NCBI GenBank assembly: GCA_963775795.1 | Contig: CAVZKC010000004.1 | Location: 1,683,757-1,747,756, forward strand | DNA from: an uncultured Actinomycetes bacterium | GTDB lineage: Bacteria > Actinomycetota > Acidimicrobiia > IMCC26256 > DASPTH01 | Reading direction: 5' to 3' | Length of the DNA: 64,000 nucleotides | Shown: one piece after another, positions 1 to 9,063 of the stretch | Position numbering within the stretch: the first letter of the stretch is position 1 | Layout: every line of letters starts with the position of its first letter | Program-made: the position numbers and the translations under genes | The notes under the pieces: generated by a model | Seen by the model: the letters and a program-made list of their open reading frames with translations, nothing else | Databases searched by the model: none | Told to the model about the DNA's origin: nothing

Positions 1-135
1 AACGGGGTGGCCGGCACTCCGACGTTCTTCGTCAACGGACGTCGCCACCATGGCGCCTACGATCTCGACTCCCTCCGAGAAGCGATCGATCGGGAGTTAC
101 GGGCGCGATCGGGCTCGACAGGCGCGCAGCACTAG
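1..135 (+). CDS. DsbA-like thiol:disulfide oxidoreductase, C-terminal fragment (5' end outside window)
   Basis: Frame 1 reads [44 protein letters not shown] then a stop; the GTPTFFVNG motif is typical of the DsbA/thioredoxin fold. Confidence 0.55.
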   Translation, partial: NGVAGTPTFFVNGRRHHGAYDLDSLREAIDRELRARSGSTGAQH

Positions 136-164
136 GCGCTGCACGGCTTCGCGTGCGCGGCCGC

Positions 165-641
165 TCAACCGCGTTGCTGGACCGCGGAACGGCTGGCGAG
201 CACGACGTCGACCGTGTGGTCGTCACCGTTGCGTATATAGGTCACCGTGACCTCGTCCCCGGGGTCGTGTGCACCGACCGCGGTGGCGAGGCTGCGGAGG
301 CTCGTGACGGAGTCGCCGTCGACTTTGGTGATCACGTCGCCGACGCGCAGGCCCGCATCGTCGGCGGGAGTGCCGTCCGCGACCGTCGTCACGCGCGCGC
401 CGTTCGACGCGGTCTCGGCGGAGACACCGAGGAACGCCGTCGACCGAGTGCTGGGAGCAGGCAGCGCGTTGCCGCCGTTGCCGTTGCCGTTTCCGTTGCC
501 GTTGCCGAAGCCGGGGAGGGTCCGGGTCGTCGACGCGGCCTCGACGCTGTCGTTCGAATCGGTCCAGCGGCCGATCCCGAAACCGGCACCCACTGCAATG
601 AGCAACGCGAGCGCACCGACGAGCCACTTGGGGACCGCCAC
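165..641 (-). CDS. PDZ domain protein with N-terminal signal-anchor and an (NG)n low-complexity stretch
   Basis: GTG start; hydrophobic N-terminus LVGALALLIAVGAG; C-terminal GLRVGDVITKVDGDSVTSLRSLATAV is a canonical PDZ (HtrA/anti-sigma-like) motif. Confidence 0.6.
   Translation of the reverse strand: MAVPKWLVGALALLIAVGAGFGIGRWTDSNDSVEAASTTRTLPGFGNGNGNGNGNGGNALPAPSTRSTAFLGVSAETASNGARVTTVADGTPADDAGLRVGDVITKVDGDSVTSLRSLATAVGAHDPGDEVTVTYIRNGDDHTVDVVLASRSAVQQRG
468..506. repeat. In-frame hexanucleotide (GTTGCC)n microsatellite encoding (NG)n inside the PDZ gene
   Basis: gttgcc gcc gttgcc gttgcc gtttcc gttgcc gttgcc read directly; encodes GNGNGNGNGNGNGG on the minus strand. Confidence 0.8.
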
Positions 642-1097
642 GGTGCTCGAGTGCCTGCTCGTGGTTGCCGCGGTCTCGGGCTCGACAGGGGCGGGATGGG
701 TCCCCGTCGGCTCCGTCGCCGTAGTAGGCGGTTCGCCGGGGTCGGCGACGGTGGGGGCTTCGCCGGTCGTGGGCTCACCGGCCGCCGCACCCGACGACTC
801 CGGCGCGGAGGGGGGTTCCTCACCGGAGTCGTCGGCGGGCGGAGCGCCCAGGCGGGTTGGCGTCGGGGGCCGGGGATTCGGAGGTGGCCGCCGGCTCGGG
901 CGTGGGCTCGGACGACGCGTCGTCGGTCACGGGTGCGTGCTCCTCGGTTTCGGGTATCTGGTGCCAATGGTGGACCAGCGAGCCTGAGAGGTCCCTAAGG
1001 CCGCACCGGGGCTTGCGGGGTGCTCGCCTCGGTATCCGCGTGTCCGCCGGGGCGTCGGTGCAATATTTCCGACAGGATCCGACCTCAGGAGGCAGCG

Positions 1098-1871
1098 ATG
1101 AGCGAGCCGACCGTCACCGTCACCGGCACCGGCACCGAAGGCGGCTCCGGATCCCGCGCGGGCCGGATCTTCGTCGCCGAGATGATCGGGACCATGATCC
1201 TCATCCTGGGTGGCCCCGGCACCGTGATCTTCGCCCAGTTCATCGGGTTCGACATCGGGACGCTCGGTGTCGCGCTCGCCTTCGGTTTGAGCCTGCTCTG
1301 TGCCGCGTACCTGTTCGGGCACATCTCGGGGTGCCACATCAACCCCGCGGTGACGGTGGGCATGTGGGCACTCCGCCGTACCCCGGGACGCGAGGTGCCC
1401 TTCTACCTGATCGGCCAGATCGTGGGTGCCGCGCTCGGCAGCGTCGCGATCTGGGCGATCCTGGAGACGGGCGACAACGGCGGCGGTCAGCAGCTGGTGC
1501 GCAATGCCCTCTTCAGCAAGGCCTCGAACGGGTATGGCTCCGACTCGCCGGGCGGCTTCCACCTCGGGGCGGTCATCATCGCGGAGATCCTGTTCACCGC
1601 GCTCTTCGTGCTCGTGATCGCAGGCACCACCCGCTCGTCTGCGATCGCCGGATTCGCGGGGATCCCGATCGGGCTCATGCTGGCGCTCGTCCACCTGATC
1701 AGCATCCCGATCGACAACACGTCGGTGAACCCGGCCCGGAGCTTTGCGACCGCGATCTTCGCCGAGGGCTGGGCCTTCGAGCAGCTCTGGGTGTTCATCG
1801 TCTTCCCGATCGTCGGTGCCCTCGTCGCCGCGGGGATCTGGATGGTCGTGACGACCGCGGACGAGGAGTGA
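1098..1871 (+). CDS. aqpZ: Aquaporin Z (MIP family water channel)
   Basis: Two NPA boxes (HINPAVT and NPARSFA), six TM segments, AGGAGG RBS 7 nt upstream of the ATG at 1098. Confidence 0.9.
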   Translation: MSEPTVTVTGTGTEGGSGSRAGRIFVAEMIGTMILILGGPGTVIFAQFIGFDIGTLGVALAFGLSLLCAAYLFGHISGCHINPAVTVGMWALRRTPGREVPFYLIGQIVGAALGSVAIWAILETGDNGGGQQLVRNALFSKASNGYGSDSPGGFHLGAVIIAEILFTALFVLVIAGTTRSSAIAGFAGIPIGLMLALVHLISIPIDNTSVNPARSFATAIFAEGWAFEQLWVFIVFPIVGALVAAGIWMVVTTADEE

Positions 1872-1955
1872 AAGCGCGAGCTCACGCCCCCGCGAGATTG
1901 CAGGCGCCCGTTCCGGGGTAGGAGCGCGTCCGAGACTTCCTAGGGAGGTACCCGG

Positions 1956-2231
1956 ATGCGCATCCTGTTCCGATTGATCCTGCTCGCGTTGGCGGGCTAC
2001 GGCGTGAAGTCCCTCTGGGACCGCTACGGCGACCGGGTCCGGTCGTTGGAGCCGGTCGGCTCGGAGTTCGCCGACACCGCCCGGGGCGCGGCCAACGACG
2101 TGGCCAGCCAGGCTGCCGACGCCGGGCGCAGTGTCGCCGACACGGCCCGCCAGAAGGCTGACGAGCTTCGTGCGGCAGCGCGGGACGCCGCCGACGAGGC
2201 CACTGAACGCATGACCACGACGGCGAGCTGA
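1956..2231 (+). CDS. Small membrane-anchored hypothetical protein
   Basis: GGGAGG RBS, N-terminal TM helix ILFRLILLALAGYG, Ala/Asp-rich helical tail. Confidence 0.45.
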   Translation: MRILFRLILLALAGYGVKSLWDRYGDRVRSLEPVGSEFADTARGAANDVASQAADAGRSVADTARQKADELRAAARDAADEATERMTTTAS

Positions 2232-2441
2232 GCCTCTCCCACCCGCTCGGCGCCTCCGGGCGGGCTCCATACGAACTTGTCTGTCGGGTATCGGCGCCTC
2301 AACCACCCAGTACTCGGTTCGTGCAAAGCGGATCTTCATGTCGACCTTGAGGTCTCCCGCGTTCGTGCGGGAAGGCCGGCCTTTAGGTTCCGAACTGTCT
2401 CCGCGAATCGGACACCGCAGCGCTGCGTCATTGGCTCTTCG

Positions 2442-3713
2442 CTACGGATGCTGCGGGACGCGCCGCGTCGGCGCCGCGGACCGCGTGTCTCCTGTCGGGC
2501 TCGCAAGCTGGCGTTCCAGATCAGTGAACGTTCTGATGAGTTCGGGCGCCTCGAAGGCGCGGTTGCGTCCGCCGACGTTGACCTGCCGCAAGATCTTCGC
2601 CTCGACGAGGCGGTCGATGGCTTGGTTCGTCGCCTGGTACGTCCGGCCGATCAAGTCGGCGGCGCCGTTCACGGTCACGATCGGCGCACCGGGCAGCGCG
2701 TTGATCAACAGGTCGGCGGCGGATTTGGCGCGGACCTTTCCGAGCCGGTCGCGCCAGCGGCCTTGCAGCGCCGAGACTCGCCGCTCGAACGTCTTTGCAT
2801 CTTCGATCGCCCGGCGGCACGCGGTGGCGAACAGCGCGACCCATCGGTTCGCGCCGGCGCTCGCCGCGTCGGATGTCGGCTTGCCGATGTAGCGGGTCGC
2901 GGTCAGGCCCGCGATGTAGTCCTGAGACCAGGTCGCCAGGATCAACGAGATCGGCGGCAGCACGCGTACCGCGAGCCCGCGCCGACGGAGCACGAGATGG
3001 ATGAGCGCGCGCCCGATTCGCCCATTGCCGTCGACGAACGGGTGGATCGTTTCGAACTGCGCGTGCGCCATCGCGGCCTGCACGATCGTCGGCAGGTTGT
3101 CGGCATTGCAGAACGCGCACAGGTCATCGATGAGATCGCGCACCATCTCGGGCGGCGGCGACACGAACTCCGCCGAGCAGGGGTTGAAGCTGCTCCCGCC
3201 GATCCAGTTCTGGTCGTCGCGGATCTTCCCGCCGAACGCTTGCAGGCGTGTGCCGTCGAGGAGCCGGCGGTGCGCCTCCAGGAGATAGTCGACCGTGATG
3301 TCGTCGCCCTGGCCGACTGCGCCGAGCGCCCACGTCATCGCCTGGATGTTCCCGAGCACCTCGGTCGCAGTCACGTCGCGCGAGTCCTCGCCGAGCGCGG
3401 CCGCGGCCTCGGCGCGCAGCAGGCGGCGGCCACCGACCTCCAGCCCCTCGATCTTGGACGACGCGACGGACTCCGCCCGGAGGAGTAGCCGTGCGAGCGC
3501 CTCGGTGTCGGCGAGCGCGACCGCCTTCGTGTCGAACCGTGTCACGGCCGCCTCGGCGTCGGCCACATCGGCGGCCACGTCGCCGTCGAGGCGCACCGGC
3601 CTGCCCACGAGCAGGTCCGGGACGTACGCTTCGTAGTCGCAGGAGGCGCGGTCGCGCCGGGGCAGGCCCGACGTGTCGTCGGCCATCCACCTGCGCCTCA
3701 CAAGCTTGGACAT
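2442..3713 (-). CDS. Fic family protein (adenylyltransferase-type Fido domain), long form
   Basis: Fic motif HPFVDGNGRIGRALIHL; ATG at 3713 preceded by AAGGAGG; a TTG at 3731 is an alternative start. Confidence 0.85.
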   Translation of the reverse strand: MSKLVRRRWMADDTSGLPRRDRASCDYEAYVPDLLVGRPVRLDGDVAADVADAEAAVTRFDTKAVALADTEALARLLLRAESVASSKIEGLEVGGRRLLRAEAAAALGEDSRDVTATEVLGNIQAMTWALGAVGQGDDITVDYLLEAHRRLLDGTRLQAFGGKIRDDQNWIGGSSFNPCSAEFVSPPPEMVRDLIDDLCAFCNADNLPTIVQAAMAHAQFETIHPFVDGNGRIGRALIHLVLRRRGLAVRVLPPISLILATWSQDYIAGLTATRYIGKPTSDAASAGANRWVALFATACRRAIEDAKTFERRVSALQGRWRDRLGKVRAKSAADLLINALPGAPIVTVNGAADLIGRTYQATNQAIDRLVEAKILRQVNVGGRNRAFEAPELIRTFTDLERQLASPTGDTRSAAPTRRVPQHP

Positions 3714-3717
3714 GGCG

Positions 3718-3760
3718 CCCTCCTTATTCAAGGTTATCAGATATCCTTGAATAAGGAGGG
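3718..3760. promoter_or_regulatory. Perfect 16-bp inverted repeat (CCCTCCTTATTCAAGG, 11-nt AT spacer) containing the Fic Shine-Dalgarno; predicted RBS-sequestering hairpin or operator
   Basis: Read directly; AT-rich island in 72% GC DNA; TTCAAGGTT recurs a third time at about 3768. Confidence 0.7.
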
Positions 3761-3801
3761 ACGTTGTTCAAGGTTCTCGGTGCTGCCCTTGCACCTTTGC
3801 T

Positions 3802-4440
3802 TCAAGCCCTCCGGCGGTCCTTCTGCTGGCGCGACCGCAGTTGGCCATCCTCAGCGGACGTGCGCTCGATGTCGATCCACGCAGTGTGGTCAGCCCTGTC
3901 GTTGGCGTCCGGCGCGTGGATCCAGCTCTCGGGGTCCTTCGGATCGTCAAGCACGATCGGCTCGCCGCACGCCGCGCAGCGCGGCCGACCGTCGAAACGG
4001 CCTTTGGAGGTTGCCGCCGTCGCGAGTGACTCGGCGCCGCCGCGCGTGATCACGTCGACGATGTATCCGTCGGGAAGACGTCGTACGAAGAACAGATTCA
4101 GGTTGAGCCGCGTCCAGACGAGCCCTGGCAGGCGCTGCGCGAGACCTCGATACTGGCGGTTGTCGGGCAGCGCGAGTCCGTAGCGCGCGGTTGGGTCATT
4201 CATCCGCTGGAGCAGTTCGCCGAGGGCGCCGAGGAAGTAGTTGACCTGTTGCGGCTGGAGCGCAGCCTCGCCCTTGGCCTCGATGACGAGTCGGTCGGCT
4301 GGTTCCGCTCGCGTGGCTTCGATGTCGATGCCGCGCTCGCGGCCCCGCGCCACGCGCACGTGATAGCCCTCCGACATGAGGCGTTGACGCACGGCTGTCT
4401 TGATCTCATCCTCGGTCAAGAGGGATCCCGCGGCGGGCAT
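3802..4440 (-). CDS. PD-(D/E)xK nuclease-fold protein (Mrr-cat/YraN-like) with Cys/His-containing C-terminal tail
   Basis: RGIDIEA ... LVIEAKG gives the D-x(n)-E-x-K signature; followed by a hydrophobic beta-strand pattern as in Mrr_cat; CAAC and two His in the tail; same strand as Fic and immediately upstream. Confidence 0.5.
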   Translation of the reverse strand: MPAAGSLLTEDEIKTAVRQRLMSEGYHVRVARGRERGIDIEATRAEPADRLVIEAKGEAALQPQQVNYFLGALGELLQRMNDPTARYGLALPDNRQYRGLAQRLPGLVWTRLNLNLFFVRRLPDGYIVDVITRGGAESLATAATSKGRFDGRPRCAACGEPIVLDDPKDPESWIHAPDANDRADHTAWIDIERTSAEDGQLRSRQQKDRRRA

Positions 4441-4649
4441 TGCTGGCAGGCGTTCGACGGGTCGCCAGGTTCGATCGAGAGTGTTGATGATCTTGCCGGT
4501 TCCGCCGACGCCTCGACGGAGTCGATGGACACGGGAACGAGCGATCGACCCATCCGTCGGGCGCCCAGATCATCGCGACAGGCCGAGAACGTGCCGACAC
4601 GAACGGGATCGGTGGTGGACCCGCAACCCTGTGGGGCGTTCTCGGATCC

Positions 4650-5042
4650 CTAGTAGGCCGCAACCCGTGAAGGCGTCACTCGCACGATCACTCGTTCTTC
4701 GCCGGGTTGCCGGAACGGGTAATGATCCTTGCCGAGATACTTCTTCGCAAGCGCGTCGATGTGTTCGTCGGCACCTTCGTCGATGAGTTCAGCATGGCCG
4801 CGAATCTCCAGCATCTTGTATGGGTCCTGCGGATCCACGAGTGAGATGGCAATCTCGGGAACGCGTCGCAGGTTCTCGTACTTCGTGCGGCCCTTCGCGG
4901 TGTTCAATAGGACATGCTCGCCGTCGGTGTCGACCCAGGTAGGCGTGGACTGCGGGGTGCCGTCTGGCATCACTGTGGCCACATGGACAAACACTGGTCG
5001 GCGAAGAAGCTCGGTCTGCTCGGGCGACAGCTTCGCTGGCAT
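4650..5042 (-). CDS. PPOX-class F420-dependent / pyridoxamine 5'-phosphate oxidase family protein
   Basis: AGGAGG RBS before MPAKLSPEQ; FVHVATVMPDGTPQSTPTW and RVTPSRV are typical split-barrel family strings. Confidence 0.75.
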   Translation of the reverse strand: MPAKLSPEQTELLRRPVFVHVATVMPDGTPQSTPTWVDTDGEHVLLNTAKGRTKYENLRRVPEIAISLVDPQDPYKMLEIRGHAELIDEGADEHIDALAKKYLGKDHYPFRQPGEERVIVRVTPSRVAAY

Positions 5043-5278
5043 CTGACCTCCTGTGTCGGTTCGACATACCCCGTGTGCCGCCTCAGCTATCACGCCTGGC
5101 AGGGAAACGTAAGGTCGTGATTCCGTCGTCGAAACCGTCGTCAGTTGTTGCCCGATCTACGAGCAGCTCCGACGACTGTGTCGAAGCTCACCGGCCGGGC
5201 TTCCGGGAGGATGCGATGCCCGGCCTCCCCGCTGAGGAGCCAGACCCCCGTTTCAAGACACAACGGATTCGCAGGCGA

Positions 5279-5509
5279 CTAGTTGGCTGGACTCTGAGGA
5301 GCGGCGCCGAGTTCAGGCGCGCAGCCCGCGTCGACCAGGATGCTCTCGGCACGCCGCCTGAGGTACGCATCGTCGAGGGCCGCCGCTACACGGCTGGGTT
5401 GTACGAACTCCTCGCTACCGCCCAGGAGAAACGAGACCGCGTAGGCCAGGCGCTCATCGAGCGACATGGCGAGCAGCGATCGCTTGTCGAGACCGAGCAC
5501 GATGGTCAT
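5279..5509 (-). CDS. Small hypothetical protein (76 aa)
   Basis: Strong GAGGAGG RBS 5 nt from the ATG; non-R-rich composition. Confidence 0.4.
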   Translation of the reverse strand: MTIVLGLDKRSLLAMSLDERLAYAVSFLLGGSEEFVQPSRVAAALDDAYLRRRAESILVDAGCAPELGAAPQSPAN

Positions 5510-6077
5510 GTGACCTCCTCAATGAACCGCTCCGCCCAGTTACCTCCGGACTGCTTCAGAGGCTCGTCGAGGTCTGGCTACTACCCCTCCGCCACTACGC
5601 CAAACCGCACCATCGTGGACGTACCTTGCCATCTCGGCAGGGCACCAAATGCCCGCGCCGCGTGCGGGATCGCCCGTGCGCGATCCCCGCGGCATCCCCT
5701 GACCAAATACCCCTTGGCGCCTGAGCCGGTTGGCCATTCAACGGAGCGCCTCCCCGCGGGTCCGTTAGCACGGCCACCGGTCATCGTCACCGCGATGGCA
5801 GCCGTGCACCCACCGGTCTTGGCAGACGCGTTCGTCGACGCCTACCGAAGCGGGGTCTCGTTCGGGGCCAGGCTCGCTGACGGGGGGTCCCAAGTCGTCA
5901 CCCGGCCGGAGATGGACTACCCGGGCGCGGCGGCGCACGAAACTCTGTGGCCTGCCGGTTCATCACGAAGCGCGACGAGGCCCCCACACACCTGAGGGCA
6001 TGGGGGCCGTCGCTATTCGCTAGCGAGGTCCCTCCCGGTCAGGCTGAGCTTCCCTCCTCACGCGGCCGGAACATGGA

Positions 6078-6389
6078 CTACGCGAGCCATGCTGTACATG
6101 TCAAACGGCGTTCGATGCCGTCGCAGAGGTCATCACGAAGGCGCGACAGGCCCCCAGCGTCCCGCACCTGCTCGCACAGTTCTTCCGGTACGTTCGCTCG
6201 GGTCATCTCAGCATCGGCGCGGGTACCGGCTTCCCATGCGGTCCTGAGTGCGAAGCCGAGGCTGTCCTCGAGCAGCTTTTCGAGGCATTCGGTGGCCGAC
6301 TCGATCAGGTCCGCGTCTTCTCGTCGATGATCTTCGCGAGCTCGAGCCACGCGGGGGCGGTGAGCTTCGTTTCGTTCGTCGTGGTCATT
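6078..6389 (-). pseudogene. Possible frameshifted small ORF 3' of rnpB
   Basis: ATG with GGAAGGAA RBS gives MTTTNETKLTAPAWLELAKIIDEKTRT then a stop; protein-like sequence continues in the -1 frame (DLIESATECLEKLLEDSLGFALRTAWEAG...) to 6078. Confidence 0.25.
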
Positions 6390-6472
6390 CGGGTTCCTTC
6401 CAGGTGGTGGTTGTGGTCCCCAACCCCTCAATCCTGGTCCCCGCTCCCTCACAGCCCTAGTGCGGTAAGGGT

Positions 6473-6852
<380 letters not shown>

Positions 6853-7098
6853 TGCCACCACCGATGTTACGGCCGGGCGGTCCCGCCCGTGGCCGGATGA
6901 CTCCCGGCCAGGTCCACGAGGAGCTGGGCCAGCGCACGCGGGCGGGTGAGGAACGGGAGTGCGCGCCTGGCAATTCGACGGGTTCGGTGCCGAGGCGATC
7001 ACGTGCGACGCGACGCGACCACTCCGGCGACACCACGGTCGCCGCTGATCGCGGGATCCGACGAGCTCAATGTGATCGAGGCGTGTTGCGCCGCGTGC

Positions 7099-7578
7099 TC
7101 AGCTCGACGTGGGACGCGATCTCCGCCTGAGCTCGCTCGTGCCGAGGAACCCTCCGAGCATGCCGAGTGCCGAGGCGATGAGGAGGTGGCCGAACAGCTG
7201 CCCGGGCCGCAGCACCGGCTCGTGCCCGGTGAACAAGCCCTTGTGCTCGTCGCGGACGAGCCAGATCAGGATGCGGATGGGGATCCACGCGGCGAACCCC
7301 AGCACGCCCGCGAGCGCGCCGTTGGTCAGGGCGCCGTCGGGTGCTTCCCGACCGGCGACCCAACCACCGACGGTGTAGCTGACGAGGACCGCGACGAAGA
7401 ACGGGTACACCCATCCGGTGTCTCGGAAGTCGGTCACGTTGTGGTCGACGACGGCTTGCGCGGCACTCGTGAGGACGAGCAGGGAGAGGGTGGCGAGGGC
7501 TCCCCTCCGGACCGCGGCCCCCACGACGACCCGGTCGCCGTCGATGTCCGGACTGCCGTGCTCCGCCGCACCGTGCAT
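7099..7578 (-). CDS. Integral membrane protein, hypothetical
   Basis: Four predicted TM helices; non-artefactual composition. Confidence 0.5.
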   Translation of the reverse strand: MHGAAEHGSPDIDGDRVVVGAAVRRGALATLSLLVLTSAAQAVVDHNVTDFRDTGWVYPFFVAVLVSYTVGGWVAGREAPDGALTNGALAGVLGFAAWIPIRILIWLVRDEHKGLFTGHEPVLRPGQLFGHLLIASALGMLGGFLGTSELRRRSRPTSS

Positions 7579-7720
7579 GCGACCTCCCCGTCGCGGCTCC
7601 GTCCCGGCCAGCGTACGAGATCAGCGAAGCGGCCCTCAGGCCGGGGCGAACACCTGCCGAAAGAACAACATGCCGCCGGGGCTGGCGGCACGGATGCACA
7701 GCACGAGGGGCACGAGTTCG

Positions 7721-7951
7721 ATGGTGGTCAGCTGGAGACAGTTCGCCCGGTGTCTCGGGGCCGATCCGGACATCTTCCACCCGCCGCCCGAAGACGAGGG
7801 TGACGCGGCCAAGGCGATCTGCGCGATCTGCCCGGTGCGGGAAGCATGCCTGGAGCACGCGATCACCGCTCGCGAGAAGCAGGGCGTGTGGGGTGGCTTC
7901 AACGAGCGTGAGCGTCGCCGGCTCGTGCGACAACGCCGCCGTACCGCCTGA
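7721..7951 (+). CDS. WhiB-family Fe-S transcriptional regulator
   Basis: Four Cys (CLG ... CAICPVREAC), GVWGG turn, basic C-terminal tail; in-frame ATG at 7694 is an alternative start. Confidence 0.8.
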   Translation: MVVSWRQFARCLGADPDIFHPPPEDEGDAAKAICAICPVREACLEHAITAREKQGVWGGFNERERRRLVRQRRRTA

Positions 7952-8013
7952 CCCGGCGACACGACACCCGGGAGACCCCCGGGAGGCGCATGCTCGCCGG
8001 TAGCATCCGGCCA

Positions 8014-9063
8014 ATGAGCGACGAGCTGTGGCCCGAGGTGCTCGGCCGTCTCCTCCGCAGGGAAGACCTTCCTCCGACGCTCGTCCGGGACGCGATGAGC
8101 GCCATCCTCGGAGGCGAAGCGACCGACGCGCAGATCGCGGGATTCGCGCTCACGCTGCGCGCCAAGGGCGAGACCGCGAGCGAGCTCGCGGCGCTGGTCC
8201 GCACCATGCTCGAGTTCGCGGAGCGCGTGGAGGTCGAAGCCGAGGGAGGCCCGCTCGTCGACACGTGTGGCTCCGGGGGCGATCGGTCCGGCACCGTCAA
8301 CGTGTCGACCATGGCCGCGCTGGTGGCCGCAGCCGCGGGTGCTCGGGTCGCCAAGCATGGAAACCGAGCGGCGTCGTCGCAGTGCGGTTCCGCCGACGTG
8401 CTCGAAGCGCTCGGCGTCGTCGTCGATCTCGGGCCGGCCGGCGTCGCACGTTGCATCCGCGAGGCGGGCATCGGCTTCTGCTTCGCGCCGCGCTACCACT
8501 CGGCGCTCCGGTTCGCGGCCGGGCCGCGCCGCGAAGTCGGCGTGCCCACAACGTTCAACTTCCTAGGTCCGCTGGCCAACCCTGCCGGGGTGCGGCGGCA
8601 GGCGATCGGCGTCTCGGACCCGTCGATGGCGGAGCGGGTCGTGGCGGCGCTCGCCGAGCTGGGCGCCGAGCGCGCCCTCGTCTTCTTCGGTCACGACGGG
8701 CTCGACGAGCTGACGGTCACTACCACCTCGACGATCCACGAGCTGCGCGAGGGAGCCGTCCGGACCTACGACGTGGCGCCCGAGGACTTCGGATTCGTCC
8801 GCGCCGACTCCGGGGCCCTGGCCGGCGGCGACGCGGCCGGGAATGCGGACGCCATCCACAAGGTCCTTGCCGGGGCGAGCGGTCCTATTCGCGACATCGT
8901 CGTGCTCAACGCCGCTGCCGCGCTCGTCGCCGCCGACCTCGAGCCCGATCTCGCCGGTGGCGTCGAGCGTGCGGGCATGGTGCTCGACGACGGCTCGGCG
9001 GCGGCGATCCTCGAATCCTTCGTCCGCGTGAGTGTGGCGGCCCGCGAGAGCGGGGAAGGCTGA
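8014..9063 (+). CDS. trpD: Anthranilate phosphoribosyltransferase
   Basis: GSGGD, KHGNRA(A)SS and FCFAPRYH motifs; ~350 aa. Confidence 0.9.
   Translation: MSDELWPEVLGRLLRREDLPPTLVRDAMSAILGGEATDAQIAGFALTLRAKGETASELAALVRTMLEFAERVEVEAEGGPLVDTCGSGGDRSGTVNVSTMAALVAAAAGARVAKHGNRAASSQCGSADVLEALGVVVDLGPAGVARCIREAGIGFCFAPRYHSALRFAAGPRREVGVPTTFNFLGPLANPAGVRRQAIGVSDPSMAERVVAALAELGAERALVFFGHDGLDELTVTTTSTIHELREGAVRTYDVAPEDFGFVRADSGALAGGDAAGNADAIHKVLAGASGPIRDIVVLNAAAALVAADLEPDLAGGVERAGMVLDDGSAAAILESFVRVSVAARESGEG

Noticed and set aside
642-1097. Possible N-terminal extension of the PDZ protein (in-frame open Pro/Thr/Glu-rich sequence for ~100 codons upstream of the GTG at 641)
   Set aside because: No ATG/GTG/TTG start in that in-frame stretch before an upstream stop; more likely an untranslated region that is ORF-open by GC bias
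927-2339. 470-aa minus-strand ORF (plus 857..1921 and 153..998 on the plus strand) overlapping aqpZ and the PDZ upstream region
   Set aside because: Arg/Gly/Pro-rich low-complexity translations antisense or out of frame to a bona fide aquaporin with NPA boxes; a typical high-GC artefact
3747-4049. Plus-strand ORF beginning MNKEG, mirroring the Fic start
   Set aside because: It arises only because the palindrome makes both strands read TTG-AAT-AAG-GAG-GG; the rest is antisense to the nuclease gene and R-rich
5075-5995. 306-aa plus-strand ORF
   Set aside because: Ser/Arg-rich, no RBS, overlaps the PPOX start region; no motif support
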